From NCBI GenBank assembly GCA_051005875.1, contig JBPCIX010000077.1, positions 9,537 to 73,536 of the forward strand: a DNA stretch of 64,000 nucleotides, written 5' to 3'. Shown piece by piece: positions 1 through 11,389 of this stretch (positions are counted from its first letter, which is position 1; each line of letters opens with the position of its first letter). The translations under genes and the position numbers were made by a program. The stretch is from Actinomycetota bacterium. Its GTDB lineage: Bacteria > Actinomycetota > CADDZG01 > JAHWKV01. The notes beneath the pieces are model-generated. The model was not told where the DNA came from, searched no databases, and was given only the letters and a program-made list of their open reading frames with translations.

Positions 1-121
1 GTCAGGCGGGGTTAGCCTTGGGCCTAAAAGCAGCATTTGCGGGAACCTATGGCCACTACGGCGCCGGGAAAGGGGCCACAACGCTGCTGCCCCCCGCTCA
101 AACCCTGCCCGCTTAGTGTCC

Positions 122-793
122 TTAGGAGCGACGCACTAGAGCCGGTAGGAACGCCTTGAGGACGTGATATCCCTGCCGGCCTCGGTGGAGGAAACCCGAC
201 ATTGTTCTGCCGGTGTGATCATGTGTCATCTCAACCGGAAGCTCAAGCAACCTAAAGCCTTTTCGCGCTGCCTTGGCGGTCAGCATTGCGTCGACGGCGA
301 ATCCCTCGCTTAAGGGCCGGCATGCCTCGAATACCTGCCGGTTAAGCGCCCTTTGTCCCGACATGGGCGCCACGCTTTCGAAGCCTGATACCGCCTTAAT
401 CAGCCAGGCTGCAGTCCCCTTAACCAAACCGAAGCCCCCTTGGCCTTCCGCCGAGGGCAGGATTCCTATGACCATGTCCGCCTTGCCCGCAGCCACCGGT
501 GCGACGAGGGCAATTGCCGCTTTAGCGCTTGAGCCGGTATCGGCATCAACCATCAACAAGACTGCCTCGCCCGCCTCAGTCATGCCCTTTTCAAGGACTA
601 CGTGCTTTCCTCGATTGACGCTTTGTCGAAGGACTCTCGCCCCCGCAGTCTCGGCCAGGGCGGCGGTTTGGTCTGCCGAGCCGTCATCGACAACAATAAC
701 TTCGTCGACGCGGTCGTCGTCGGCGAGGGCCCTTACGGTCTCGCTAATCGTTGACTGATTGTTGTATGCGGGAACTATCGCGACGCAACGCAT
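122..793 (-). CDS. Family 2 glycosyltransferase (polyprenol-phosphate sugar transferase-like)
   Basis: N-terminus MRCVAIVPAYNN...VDDGSxD...VDAD is the classic GT-A/GT2 signature. Start codon cat at 791-793. Confidence 0.8.
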   Translation of the reverse strand: MRCVAIVPAYNNQSTISETVRALADDDRVDEVIVVDDGSADQTAALAETAGARVLRQSVNRGKHVVLEKGMTEAGEAVLLMVDADTGSSAKAAIALVAPVAAGKADMVIGILPSAEGQGGFGLVKGTAAWLIKAVSGFESVAPMSGQRALNRQVFEACRPLSEGFAVDAMLTAKAARKGFRLLELPVEMTHDHTGRTMSGFLHRGRQGYHVLKAFLPALVRRS

Positions 794-815
794 CCAGGGA
801 GCCTATCCTGACGAC

Positions 816-3451
<2,636 letters not shown>

Positions 3452-3538
3452 AGCAAAGCTGGCATAGCCAACACCGGGTAGGATTCTAACGCCGGTCCGG
3501 AATGTCCGGCGCCGTACGATCCAAACGAGGGACCTGCC

Positions 3539-3916
3539 GTGCAACCAAACCCAGCCAAAAATGAATCGCCTATTACCCAAGAGATGGTCGAGAGCGCGCG
3601 CGTCAAAATCGGCGAGGAAATCTCGATCGTCGAAGCGGAACTGGCAGACCTCGGATTTGGCCAAGATGGCAGCGTAGCCGTCAGCTTTGACGAAGGCTTC
3701 GCCGACGCCGCCCACACCACAGCCGAGCGGGTAAAGGCGCTTTCCCTCGCAGAGGGGCTTCAGCAGCGCCTGGCCGAGGCCCGGGGTGCTCTGTTAAGAA
3801 TCGACCAGGGCACTTACGGCAAATGCGAAAACTGCGGACTCCCGATTGGTCTGGAGCGTCTTGAGGCGGTCCCCTCAACACGTCTTTGCATTTCCTGTAA
3901 ACAGGCCGGCGTCTAA
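3539..3916 (+). CDS. DksA/TraR-family C4-type zinc-finger protein
   Basis: C-terminal CENCGLPIGLERLEAVPSTRLCISCK four-cysteine zinc finger and a coiled-coil N-terminus. Confidence 0.75.
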   Translation: MQPNPAKNESPITQEMVESARVKIGEEISIVEAELADLGFGQDGSVAVSFDEGFADAAHTTAERVKALSLAEGLQQRLAEARGALLRIDQGTYGKCENCGLPIGLERLEAVPSTRLCISCKQAGV

Positions 3917-3940
3917 ACCTCCCCCCTAGGCCGCTCGAGC

Positions 3941-4576
3941 CTAAGCCGCTCCAGCCAGGCGGAGAAGCGCTGCAGTAACCCGCGCTAACGCCGGACCAAA
4001 AACGGGGCGGAACAATATCAGGCCCGTCACCAGCAAAATCAGAAATCCCCACCTTTCCAGAAAAAAGATGACTTCGCTCCTAGACGGCGGGAGCAGTTCA
4101 GCAAGGATCGGGAAACCGTCAAGGGGAGGGATCGGAAGCAGATTAAAGACGGCAAACACTACGTTCACAGCCACTGCAATCGCCAGGAATTCAACGACGA
4201 TACCGGCTGAGATTGAGGTCGTCTTCGCCAGACGGATCAGCAGCGCGGCTAGAATCGCCAACGCAGCGTTTGCAAGGGGTCCGGCTAAGGCGACCCAAAT
4301 TCTCCCGCCCCGCCTTGATCTGAGCCTATTGGGGGCGACAGGAACGGGCTTGCCCCAGCCGAAGCCCGCTATCAAGACCATAAAACTTCCGAACGGGTCG
4401 AGGTGGCGTTTTGGATTGAGAGTCATGCGGCCCGTAAGCCGCCCGGTCGGGTCGCCGAGCCACGCAGCTACGCGAGCGTGTGCAAATTCGTGGAAGGAAA
4501 TGGCGGCAGTTGCCGCTAGAGCGATGAAAACAAAGATGAGGAACTGTGGAGGTTTTGTTAACAGGTATTCGATCAT
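3941..4576 (-). CDS. Site-2 protease family (M50) membrane metalloprotease
   Basis: HEFAH zinc motif in TM1, multiple TM helices, and LLPIPPLDG. Confidence 0.8.
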   Translation of the reverse strand: MIEYLLTKPPQFLIFVFIALAATAAISFHEFAHARVAAWLGDPTGRLTGRMTLNPKRHLDPFGSFMVLIAGFGWGKPVPVAPNRLRSRRGGRIWVALAGPLANAALAILAALLIRLAKTTSISAGIVVEFLAIAVAVNVVFAVFNLLPIPPLDGFPILAELLPPSRSEVIFFLERWGFLILLVTGLILFRPVFGPALARVTAALLRLAGAA

Positions 4577-4669
4577 GAGTTTCTAGGGTAACGCTGGCCG
4601 CGTGAGGGGTCAGCGCCGGCCGGGTAAAAAGTCGATTACGATTGCGACTTATTCGAACAAAGGACCATA

Positions 4670-5662
4670 TTGGCGCGAGTATTTTCGGGGGTACAGCCCA
4701 CAGCCGAAGTGCCCCACCTCGGCAATTACATAGGAGCCTTCCGTAACTGGGTGGAGCTTCAAAAGGATCACGAGGCCTATTTCTCGGTCGTCGATCTGCA
4801 TTCAATGACTGTTCCTTGGGACCCAAATGTCCTTGCTCAGCGCACCCGCCAAACCGCGGCGAGCTTGATTGCTTGCGGAATCGACCCGGAGCGCTCGGTG
4901 CTCTTCGTCCAATCAGAGGTGCCCGAGCATACCGAGCTTGCCTGGATCTTGCTCTGTTTGTCCAAGATGGGGGAGCTTGGGAGGATGACTCAGTTTAAGG
5001 ATAAGGGCGCCGGGTCTGAGGCTCGCTCAATAGGCGCGGGGTTGTTTGTTTATCCGATCCTTATGGCGGCCGACGTGCTTGCGTACCGGGCAGAACTTGT
5101 GCCGGTGGGTGACGATCAGCGGCAGCACCTTGAGTTGATGCGTGATCTGGCCGAACGCTTCAACCGCACATTTGGCGACACTTTTCCGGTGCCCGAGCCC
5201 GTTGTGTCCGGACATGGCTCTCGGATCATGGCCCTTGACGACCCCAGTCGAAAAATGGACAAAAGCTCGGATCGCCCAAATAATCTGATCTGGATGAGCG
5301 ACCCACCCGATGTCGTTCGTAAAAAGATAGCGAGAGCGGTTACCGATTCCGGCCGCGAGATCGAATATTCAGCCGCCAAACCGGCCCTTTCGAATCTGAT
5401 CGAGATCTACTCAGCGGTCACGGGGACCGACATCGGCCTGGTGGGACAACACTTTGCGGAGAAGGGCTACGCCGAATTTAAGGGGGATCTCAGCGATGCG
5501 ATCACAGCCTTCCTGGCGCCTTTCCAGGTCCGATACGCGCAAATAATGGACGACCTGGGCGAGCTGGACAGAATTTTGGAGGCGGGGGCCAATAGAGCGC
5601 GGGAAGCAGCCTCCGAGACTCTGCACACAGTCCGTGAACGAATTGGTCTCAGAGTTACCTAA
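4670..5662 (+). CDS. trpS: Tryptophan--tRNA ligase
   Basis: RVFSGVQPT..HLGNYIGA (HIGH-like) and KMDKS (KMSKS) class I aaRS motifs. Confidence 0.95.
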   Translation: MARVFSGVQPTAEVPHLGNYIGAFRNWVELQKDHEAYFSVVDLHSMTVPWDPNVLAQRTRQTAASLIACGIDPERSVLFVQSEVPEHTELAWILLCLSKMGELGRMTQFKDKGAGSEARSIGAGLFVYPILMAADVLAYRAELVPVGDDQRQHLELMRDLAERFNRTFGDTFPVPEPVVSGHGSRIMALDDPSRKMDKSSDRPNNLIWMSDPPDVVRKKIARAVTDSGREIEYSAAKPALSNLIEIYSAVTGTDIGLVGQHFAEKGYAEFKGDLSDAITAFLAPFQVRYAQIMDDLGELDRILEAGANRAREAASETLHTVRERIGLRVT

Positions 5663-5721
5663 AGCGCGCCCAAATCCCTTCGACCGGGCGGCGCGGTGGC
5701 TATGCTTGGAATACTAGCCAT

Positions 5722-6468
5722 ATGACTTACGCCGTGAAAATAGAAAACTACGAAGGCCCTTTAGAGCTTCTGCTCGAACTCGTCTCGAAGGAGCGCATGG
5801 ACGTGGCCGATGTCTCGATTTCGGTGATTACGGGGGAGTACCTGAGAGTTGTTTCAGGGATGGGCGAACTCGATTTGGATGTGGCAACCAGTTTCTTGAT
5901 TCTCGCCGCAACTCTTTTGGAGCTGAAATCGTTCAAACTCCTTCCGTCCCGGCCCGCAGGCGATCCGGAGCTGGCCGCCCTTCTTGAGGAAAGAGATCAC
6001 CTGGTTCACCGGTTGATCGAATACTCAACGTTCAAGCAGGTCGCCCAATTGTTTAGAGACCGGCTGACCAAAAATGCCGGTTTTTTTATTAGAAAAGCGG
6101 ATCTGCCAAAAGAGCTTCTCGGTCCACCGCCGGACATGCTCGAGGGCTTGTCTATAGATATGTTGGGGCGGGCCGCCGCCCGGGCTCTGACGCCCAAGCC
6201 CGATCCAACGGTCGATGTCACTCACGTAACCCCGATAACGGTTTCGATCGGCGAGACCGTTGCCATGCTGGTGAGGCAAATCGAACAATCTGGGGTCGCC
6301 ACCTTCAAGGCTCTGTGCCGAAGCGCAACCGGGCGAATTCATGTGATCGTGAGGTTCCTCGCCTTGCTTGAAATGTTCAAGGATCAAAAGGTGGAGCTTG
6401 AACAGCGCAATCCGTTCGACGAAATTGTTGTCAGATGGCGTCAGCCCCTGCCGGAAGCCCAGCCATGA
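5722..6468 (+). CDS. scpA: Segregation and condensation protein A
   Basis: NYEGPLELLLELV N-terminus typical of ScpA. Stop overlaps the scpB start (ATGA). Confidence 0.9.
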   Translation: MTYAVKIENYEGPLELLLELVSKERMDVADVSISVITGEYLRVVSGMGELDLDVATSFLILAATLLELKSFKLLPSRPAGDPELAALLEERDHLVHRLIEYSTFKQVAQLFRDRLTKNAGFFIRKADLPKELLGPPPDMLEGLSIDMLGRAAARALTPKPDPTVDVTHVTPITVSIGETVAMLVRQIEQSGVATFKALCRSATGRIHVIVRFLALLEMFKDQKVELEQRNPFDEIVVRWRQPLPEAQP

Positions 6469-7034
6469 CCGATGCCCTCCGGGCCGAAAAAGTAATCGAG
6501 GCGGTCTTGTTTGTCGCCGATGATCCCGTGCCAACGGCCGACCTTGCCCTCTTGCTTGAGGTCCCTGCTCACGACGTGGTCGAAATTCTGTCGAATATGG
6601 CCGAGAGCTTCTACGCAGACGATCGCGGGATAGTGTTGCGCGAAGTAGCCGGTGGCTGGCGGTTGGCTACATCTGCGGATACGGCGCCTTATCTCGAGCG
6701 CTTTGTCAATGACCAGAAGTCTTTTCGTATAAGTCCAGCTGCTTTGGAAACTCTGGCGATAATTGCATACCGGCAACCGATTTCGCGTTCCCAACTGACC
6801 GAAATCAGGGGAGTGAATTGCGACAGGGTGGTGCGGTCGTTGATGATCCAGGGGGTCGTTGAACAGGCTTCTGAGGACACCGGGCCCGGCAGAGCGATCC
6901 TGTACGGAACGACTCCGGATTTTCTAGAGAAGGTGGGCCTTAACAGCCTGAGCGACTTGCCCGAGCTTAGTAATTTCATGCCCGACACGAAAGCGGTAGA
7001 GCGCATGGAAACGGGCCTGGGGCCCGGCCTTTAA
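6465..7034 (+). CDS. scpB: Segregation and condensation protein B
   Basis: KVIEAVLFVADDPV ScpB signature with winged-helix repeats. ATG at 6465 overlaps the scpA stop (ATGA). Confidence 0.9.
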   Translation: MTDALRAEKVIEAVLFVADDPVPTADLALLLEVPAHDVVEILSNMAESFYADDRGIVLREVAGGWRLATSADTAPYLERFVNDQKSFRISPAALETLAIIAYRQPISRSQLTEIRGVNCDRVVRSLMIQGVVEQASEDTGPGRAILYGTTPDFLEKVGLNSLSDLPELSNFMPDTKAVERMETGLGPGL

Positions 7035-7068
7035 CCCGCCCAAACCCCAACCGGGCGCCCCGAAGGGA

Positions 7069-7788
7069 ATCCGGGTCCAAAAGCTACTTGCCCAGGCCGG
7101 CATTGCGTCCCGGCGAGCAGCCGAGCAACTGATTTCCGAAGGCCGGGTAAGTGTCAACGGCAAAAAGGCTGTTCTCGGCGGGCGTGCGGAGTTGGATGAC
7201 AGGATTGAGGTTAACGGCCGAAGAATTCAGATCGATCTCGAAAAAAAATACTTTGCGATGAACAAGCCGGCGGGAGTCATCACCAGCTCGGTTGATCCCA
7301 AGGGCCGGACCACTGTGATGGACCTGGTGGGCGAGGAGTCAAGGCTCTATCCGGTCGGTAGGTTGGATATGTCAACAGAGGGGCTACTGATTTTGACTAA
7401 TGACGGAGAACTTGCTCATCGGATGACCCATCCCTCCTATGAGATGCCAAAAACCTACGTGGTTGAGGTGAAGGGAACATTCGGCCGCGCGGCCATCCAA
7501 AAACTCGTCAAGGGCGTTGAAATAGAAGAAGGCAAACCAGCAGTTGCAACCGAGGTAAAGGTCCTCGATTCGCTCAAGGGGGCGAATCCTGCCACGGTGG
7601 TCCAATTGAGCGTTCATGAGGGCCGCAATCACGTGGTCCGCCGGATGATGGAGGGCGCCGGTTACAGGGTGAAGCGGTTGACTAGGACCGCGGTCGGCCC
7701 TATTAAGCTCGGCAGACTAGCCGAGGGAAGTTATCGAAACCTGACCCGCGAGGAGGTGGAGGCTTTATACAACAAGGCCGGCCTTTAA
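7069..7788 (+). CDS. rluB: 23S rRNA pseudouridine synthase (RluB/RsuA family) with N-terminal S4 domain
   Basis: S4 domain (KLLAQAGIASRRAAEQLISEGRVSVNG) followed by the pseudouridine synthase core (RLDMSTEGLLILTNDGELAHRMTHP). The first canonical start is TTG at 7192, inside the S4 domain; the in-frame region 7000-7191 has no ATG/GTG/TTG. ATC at 7069 is the proposed start. Confidence 0.8.
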   Translation: MRVQKLLAQAGIASRRAAEQLISEGRVSVNGKKAVLGGRAELDDRIEVNGRRIQIDLEKKYFAMNKPAGVITSSVDPKGRTTVMDLVGEESRLYPVGRLDMSTEGLLILTNDGELAHRMTHPSYEMPKTYVVEVKGTFGRAAIQKLVKGVEIEEGKPAVATEVKVLDSLKGANPATVVQLSVHEGRNHVVRRMMEGAGYRVKRLTRTAVGPIKLGRLAEGSYRNLTREEVEALYNKAGL

Positions 7789-7809
7789 GGGGTCCACCGA
7801 GGTCCGCAG

Positions 7810-7851
7810 GTGGCACTGAGCCACTAGTGTGGCGTCCACTAGTATCGATGT
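7810..7851 (+). promoter_or_regulatory. Palindromic CACTAGTG motifs immediately upstream of aroH
   Basis: GCCAC-TAGT-GTGGC inverted repeat and two copies of CCACTAGT(G/A) within 40 bp of the aroH ATG. Confidence 0.25.
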
Positions 7852-8214
7852 ATGCAAATTAGAGGATTGCGAGGAGCAACTTCGGTTCCCTCGGATACCA
7901 AACAGAACATCGTCGAGGCTACGGCTGAACTGCTGAAGGAAATGATGGATCGTAACGAGCTTTCGCAAGACGATCTGGTCAGTATCATTTTCACAGCCAC
8001 CCGGGACCTTAGGTCGGAGTTCCCGGCTGCCGCGGCCAGGGAAATCGGCATCTCCGATATTCCTTTGCTCTGTGCATCAGAAATCGATGTGGAAGGCGCA
8101 ATCCCGAAGGTGATTCGCGTCTTAATGCACATCTCCACAACGAAGGATCGCTCGGCCCTGCACCACATCTACCTGCGAGAGGCAAAACCCCTGAGAGCAG
8201 ATCTTCCTCAATGA
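7852..8214 (+). CDS. aroH: Chorismate mutase, AroH class
   Basis: MQIRGLRGATSV N-terminus and length (120 aa) typical of monofunctional AroH chorismate mutase. Confidence 0.85.
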   Translation: MQIRGLRGATSVPSDTKQNIVEATAELLKEMMDRNELSQDDLVSIIFTATRDLRSEFPAAAAREIGISDIPLLCASEIDVEGAIPKVIRVLMHISTTKDRSALHHIYLREAKPLRADLPQ

Positions 8215-9419
8215 CCGAGCCAAGCTCTGACTCGGGCCACCTTGCGGCTGCCGATAGTGCCGGCGGGCACGCCGGTAACGACACCCACGCTAACGACACC
8301 CACGCTAACGACACCCACGGCGTCGAGACCTTGGCGATAATCGGTACTGGACTTATGGGTGGTTCTTTGGGGCTTGCCAGCCTTAAGAAGGGACTGGCCA
8401 AGCATGTTAGAGGGTTCGATCTCGAAGCTGAGCGCACCGCCTCTGCGTTAGAAAGGGGCGCCATAACTTTCGCCGCCGGGTCAATCGAAGAGGCGGTCGA
8501 TAACGCTCAAATAGTGATCATCGCTACGCCGGTTGGCGCAATCACCGAAGCCTTTGAGCAGGTTGCGAAATTCGCTGGTCACGGCCTGATTGTGTCCGAC
8601 GTTGGCAGCACCAAGGCCACGATAGTCGGACAGATCAGCGACGCTGTGCCTTCCGGGATTCACTTTGTCGGCGGACACCCGATCGCCGGGTCTGAAAAAG
8701 ATGGCATTGATGCTGCGACGCCTGACTTGTACGCAGGCTGTTTGTGGGTGCTCACGCCTACCCCGGAAACCGACCCCGCAGCCTACCGAACATTGATGAA
8801 TTTCATAACGGGCCTGGGCGCCCGAGTGATCTCGCTGGACCCCACGCGCCACGACGAGGCTATGGCTCTCACCAGCCATTTACCGCAGCTGATTTCCAGC
8901 ACCCTGATGGGATTTGCGGCAGATGTATCGGCGTCTCCGGATGGTTTGCCTCTGCTGGCAGCCGGAGGGTTTCTAGACATGACCAGAATCTCGGGCAGCT
9001 CCCCGAATTTATGGTTGGACATAGTTCGAGACAACCGACTTGCCTTGCTCAATGTTCTGCGTAGGTTTCGGACTGCACTGGCCACCGCCGAGGAAGAACT
9101 GGCGGCCGAGGACTGGGGCCGCCTGGGCGAAATGCTTAACTCGGCGCGGGAAGCAAGAAGGTCGCTTTCTGCGAAACCCGGCGTTCAACCCGAGGAGCTG
9201 GTCGAAATTCGAATTCCCGTTCCCGATCGCGCCGGCGTTCTGGCCGAGGTTACCAACACTGTTGGCGAGGCAGGAATCAATATCGAAGATATCGACATTG
9301 TGCATTCTCCCGAGGGAGGCAGAGGAGTTGTCCACCTGTCGGTCGCCGGGCGCCCCAATGCCGATGAGGCCCTTCGGGCCATCGCTCAAAAAGGGTTCAG
9401 CCCCGAATTGATTCGTTAG
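8211..9419 (+). CDS. tyrA: Prephenate dehydrogenase with C-terminal ACT domain
   Basis: IIGTGLMGGSLGLA Rossmann motif, TyrA core and a C-terminal ACT domain. ATG overlaps the aroH stop (ATGA). The N-terminus carries an NDTHA x3 repeat. Confidence 0.9.
   Translation: MTEPSSDSGHLAAADSAGGHAGNDTHANDTHANDTHGVETLAIIGTGLMGGSLGLASLKKGLAKHVRGFDLEAERTASALERGAITFAAGSIEEAVDNAQIVIIATPVGAITEAFEQVAKFAGHGLIVSDVGSTKATIVGQISDAVPSGIHFVGGHPIAGSEKDGIDAATPDLYAGCLWVLTPTPETDPAAYRTLMNFITGLGARVISLDPTRHDEAMALTSHLPQLISSTLMGFAADVSASPDGLPLLAAGGFLDMTRISGSSPNLWLDIVRDNRLALLNVLRRFRTALATAEEELAAEDWGRLGEMLNSAREARRSLSAKPGVQPEELVEIRIPVPDRAGVLAEVTNTVGEAGINIEDIDIVHSPEGGRGVVHLSVAGRPNADEALRAIAQKGFSPELIR
8277..8321. repeat. 15-bp x3 tandem repeat (aacgacacccacgct) in the tyrA 5' coding region
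   Basis: Three copies encoding NDTHA-NDTHA-NDTHG in the tyrA frame. Confidence 0.9.
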
Positions 9420-10703
9420 GTGAATCAAACCTTCGAACCCCTGGCGAGAATAGACGGAAAGCTCCGGGTGCCTGGAGACAAATCTATTTCACACCGCGCG
9501 CTCATCGCGGCCGCTTTCACCAATGGACCCTGCCGGATCAGGGGCGCGGCGACAGGGGAGGATGTCGCCTCGACGAGAAGATGCCTGGGGGCTCTTGGAT
9601 TTGAAAGTTCGAACCACGCCGACAATGAGATCGTCGTGACCGGGAACGGATGGAACCTCAGCGCCGAGGCGGATCTCGACGCCGGCAATTCAGGCACGAC
9701 GATGCGATTGCTCGCCGGCGCCGTTGCCGGAAGTATGGGCAGGTATCGCATTGGCGGCGATCAGTCGCTGGTCCGCCGGCCGATGGCAAGAATTGCGGCC
9801 CCGCTGAGGCTAATGGGTGCCACGCTTAATTTGTCGAAAGGCGACGTTGCCCCAATCGAAATTCAGGGAGGGCAATTACGGGGGATTGAATACCACCTGC
9901 CCGTGCCAAGCGCGCAGGTAAAAGGAGCGATTCTACTGGCCGGCATTCAAGCAGAAGGAATAACCACGATTGTCGAGTCCCAACCTTGCCGGGATCACAC
10001 TGAAAGAATGCTCGCCTGGCTGGGCGCAGACATCGCTGTGGGCGACGGGCAGACAGTTTTGTCCGGTCCAGGAGCTTTGCCTAAGAATGACGGCTTTGAG
10101 ATTGCCGTCCCAGGCGACTTTTCTTCAGCCGCTTATTTCTTAACTGCCGCCTGCCTGGCGAAAAAGAGTCGAGTGGAAGTAACCGGTGTCGGTCTGAACC
10201 CGGGCCGCACTGGATTACTGGACATACTAAGAGCCATGGGCGCCAACGTAGTTGAAGTAATCGACGAGACCGACCCCGAGCCAAGGGGCCGGTCTTATGC
10301 TGATTCAGCCGAGCTGCGTTCGACGGAGATCGGGGGTGATCTGATCCCGCGAAGCATCGACGAGCTTCCACTGGCGGCCTTGGCGGCAACCCAGGCCACC
10401 GGCACAACAGTAATAAGGGATGCCGCAGAATTGCGCCTTAAGGAATCGGATCGAATCGGTGTTCTGGCAAAGGGCCTAAGGACCCTGGGGGCCTCGGTTG
10501 AGGATGTGCCGGATGGTCTAATCATCGAGGGGCCGACACCTCTCACCGGAGGGTCCGTGGATTCCCACGGCGATCACAGAATCGCCCTTACCTTTGCAGT
10601 TGCGGCGACGGTTGCCGCCGGGCCAATCTCTATTCGAGGCTGGGAATGCACGTCTATTTCTTATCCCGGTTTCGAACAAGACCTACGAAAGGTCGCCCTT
10701 TGA
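9420..10703 (+). CDS. aroA: 3-phosphoshikimate 1-carboxyvinyltransferase (EPSP synthase)
   Basis: LRVPGDKSISHRALIAAAF and the overall EPSP synthase fold motifs. Confidence 0.95.
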   Translation: MNQTFEPLARIDGKLRVPGDKSISHRALIAAAFTNGPCRIRGAATGEDVASTRRCLGALGFESSNHADNEIVVTGNGWNLSAEADLDAGNSGTTMRLLAGAVAGSMGRYRIGGDQSLVRRPMARIAAPLRLMGATLNLSKGDVAPIEIQGGQLRGIEYHLPVPSAQVKGAILLAGIQAEGITTIVESQPCRDHTERMLAWLGADIAVGDGQTVLSGPGALPKNDGFEIAVPGDFSSAAYFLTAACLAKKSRVEVTGVGLNPGRTGLLDILRAMGANVVEVIDETDPEPRGRSYADSAELRSTEIGGDLIPRSIDELPLAALAATQATGTTVIRDAAELRLKESDRIGVLAKGLRTLGASVEDVPDGLIIEGPTPLTGGSVDSHGDHRIALTFAVAATVAAGPISIRGWECTSISYPGFEQDLRKVAL

Positions 10704-10742
10704 GCGACGCCCTCCAAGGTCGCCCTTTGAGCGACGCCCTAG
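10689..10742. repeat. 27-bp x2 tandem duplication spanning the aroA stop / cmk start junction
   Basis: aaggtcgccctttgagcgacgccct(cc) at 10689 and again at 10716. Each copy contains cctTTGAgc, i.e. the overlapped TTG/TGA. Confidence 0.9.
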
Positions 10743-11389
10743 ATGGCCGCAAGCCAATTCTGATTGCGATAGATGGTCCGGCCGGTTCGGGCAAAAGCAC
10801 GGTATCCCAGGCACTTTCGCTGAGGCTCGGCCTGGACCATGTCGATACCGGAGCAATGTACCGGGCGCTGGCATGGAAGGCGCTCTCAATCAATGTTCCG
10901 ACCCGAGACTCGGTATTGATAGCGGCCCTGTTGAAGTCAACGACCGTTGATCTAAAGGGCGAAGAGGTGATTCTTGACGGAAGAGACGTTTCCAGTGTTA
11001 TTCGCTCGCCGCAGGCCGGTGCCGCCGCTTCTAAGATGGCCAGGAATGCAGAGGTGCGCCGATGGCTGGTTGAGCGCCAGCGCGAGATCGCTCGCCGGAA
11101 TCCCGCCGGCGCCGTGGTTGAAGGGCGCGACATCGGGACGGTCGTCTTGCCCGACGCCGACCTCAAGATTTTTCTTACCGCAGCTCTGGATGAGCGTGCG
11201 CGGCGCAAAAACGATCCATCGGGATCGGGGACCGCGTGGCAGCTCGAAGATCTTGCCAGCCGGGACCTAAGAGACACCCAACGAAGCGCGTCGCCACTTG
11301 TGGCCGCCGAGGATGCCGTTGTTTTGGACACCACTGACCTGTCTGCGGAAGAAACTGTCGAAAAAATCCTGGAGATGGTGAATAGTTGA
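10700..11389 (+). CDS. cmk: Cytidylate kinase
   Basis: IAIDGPAGSGKST P-loop followed by GAMYRALAW. Start is ambiguous: ATG at 10646, TTG at 10700 (TTGA overlap with the aroA stop) or TTG at 10727 in the duplicated junction. Confidence 0.88.
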   Translation: MSDALQGRPLSDALDGRKPILIAIDGPAGSGKSTVSQALSLRLGLDHVDTGAMYRALAWKALSINVPTRDSVLIAALLKSTTVDLKGEEVILDGRDVSSVIRSPQAGAAASKMARNAEVRRWLVERQREIARRNPAGAVVEGRDIGTVVLPDADLKIFLTAALDERARRKNDPSGSGTAWQLEDLASRDLRDTQRSASPLVAAEDAVVLDTTDLSAEETVEKILEMVNS

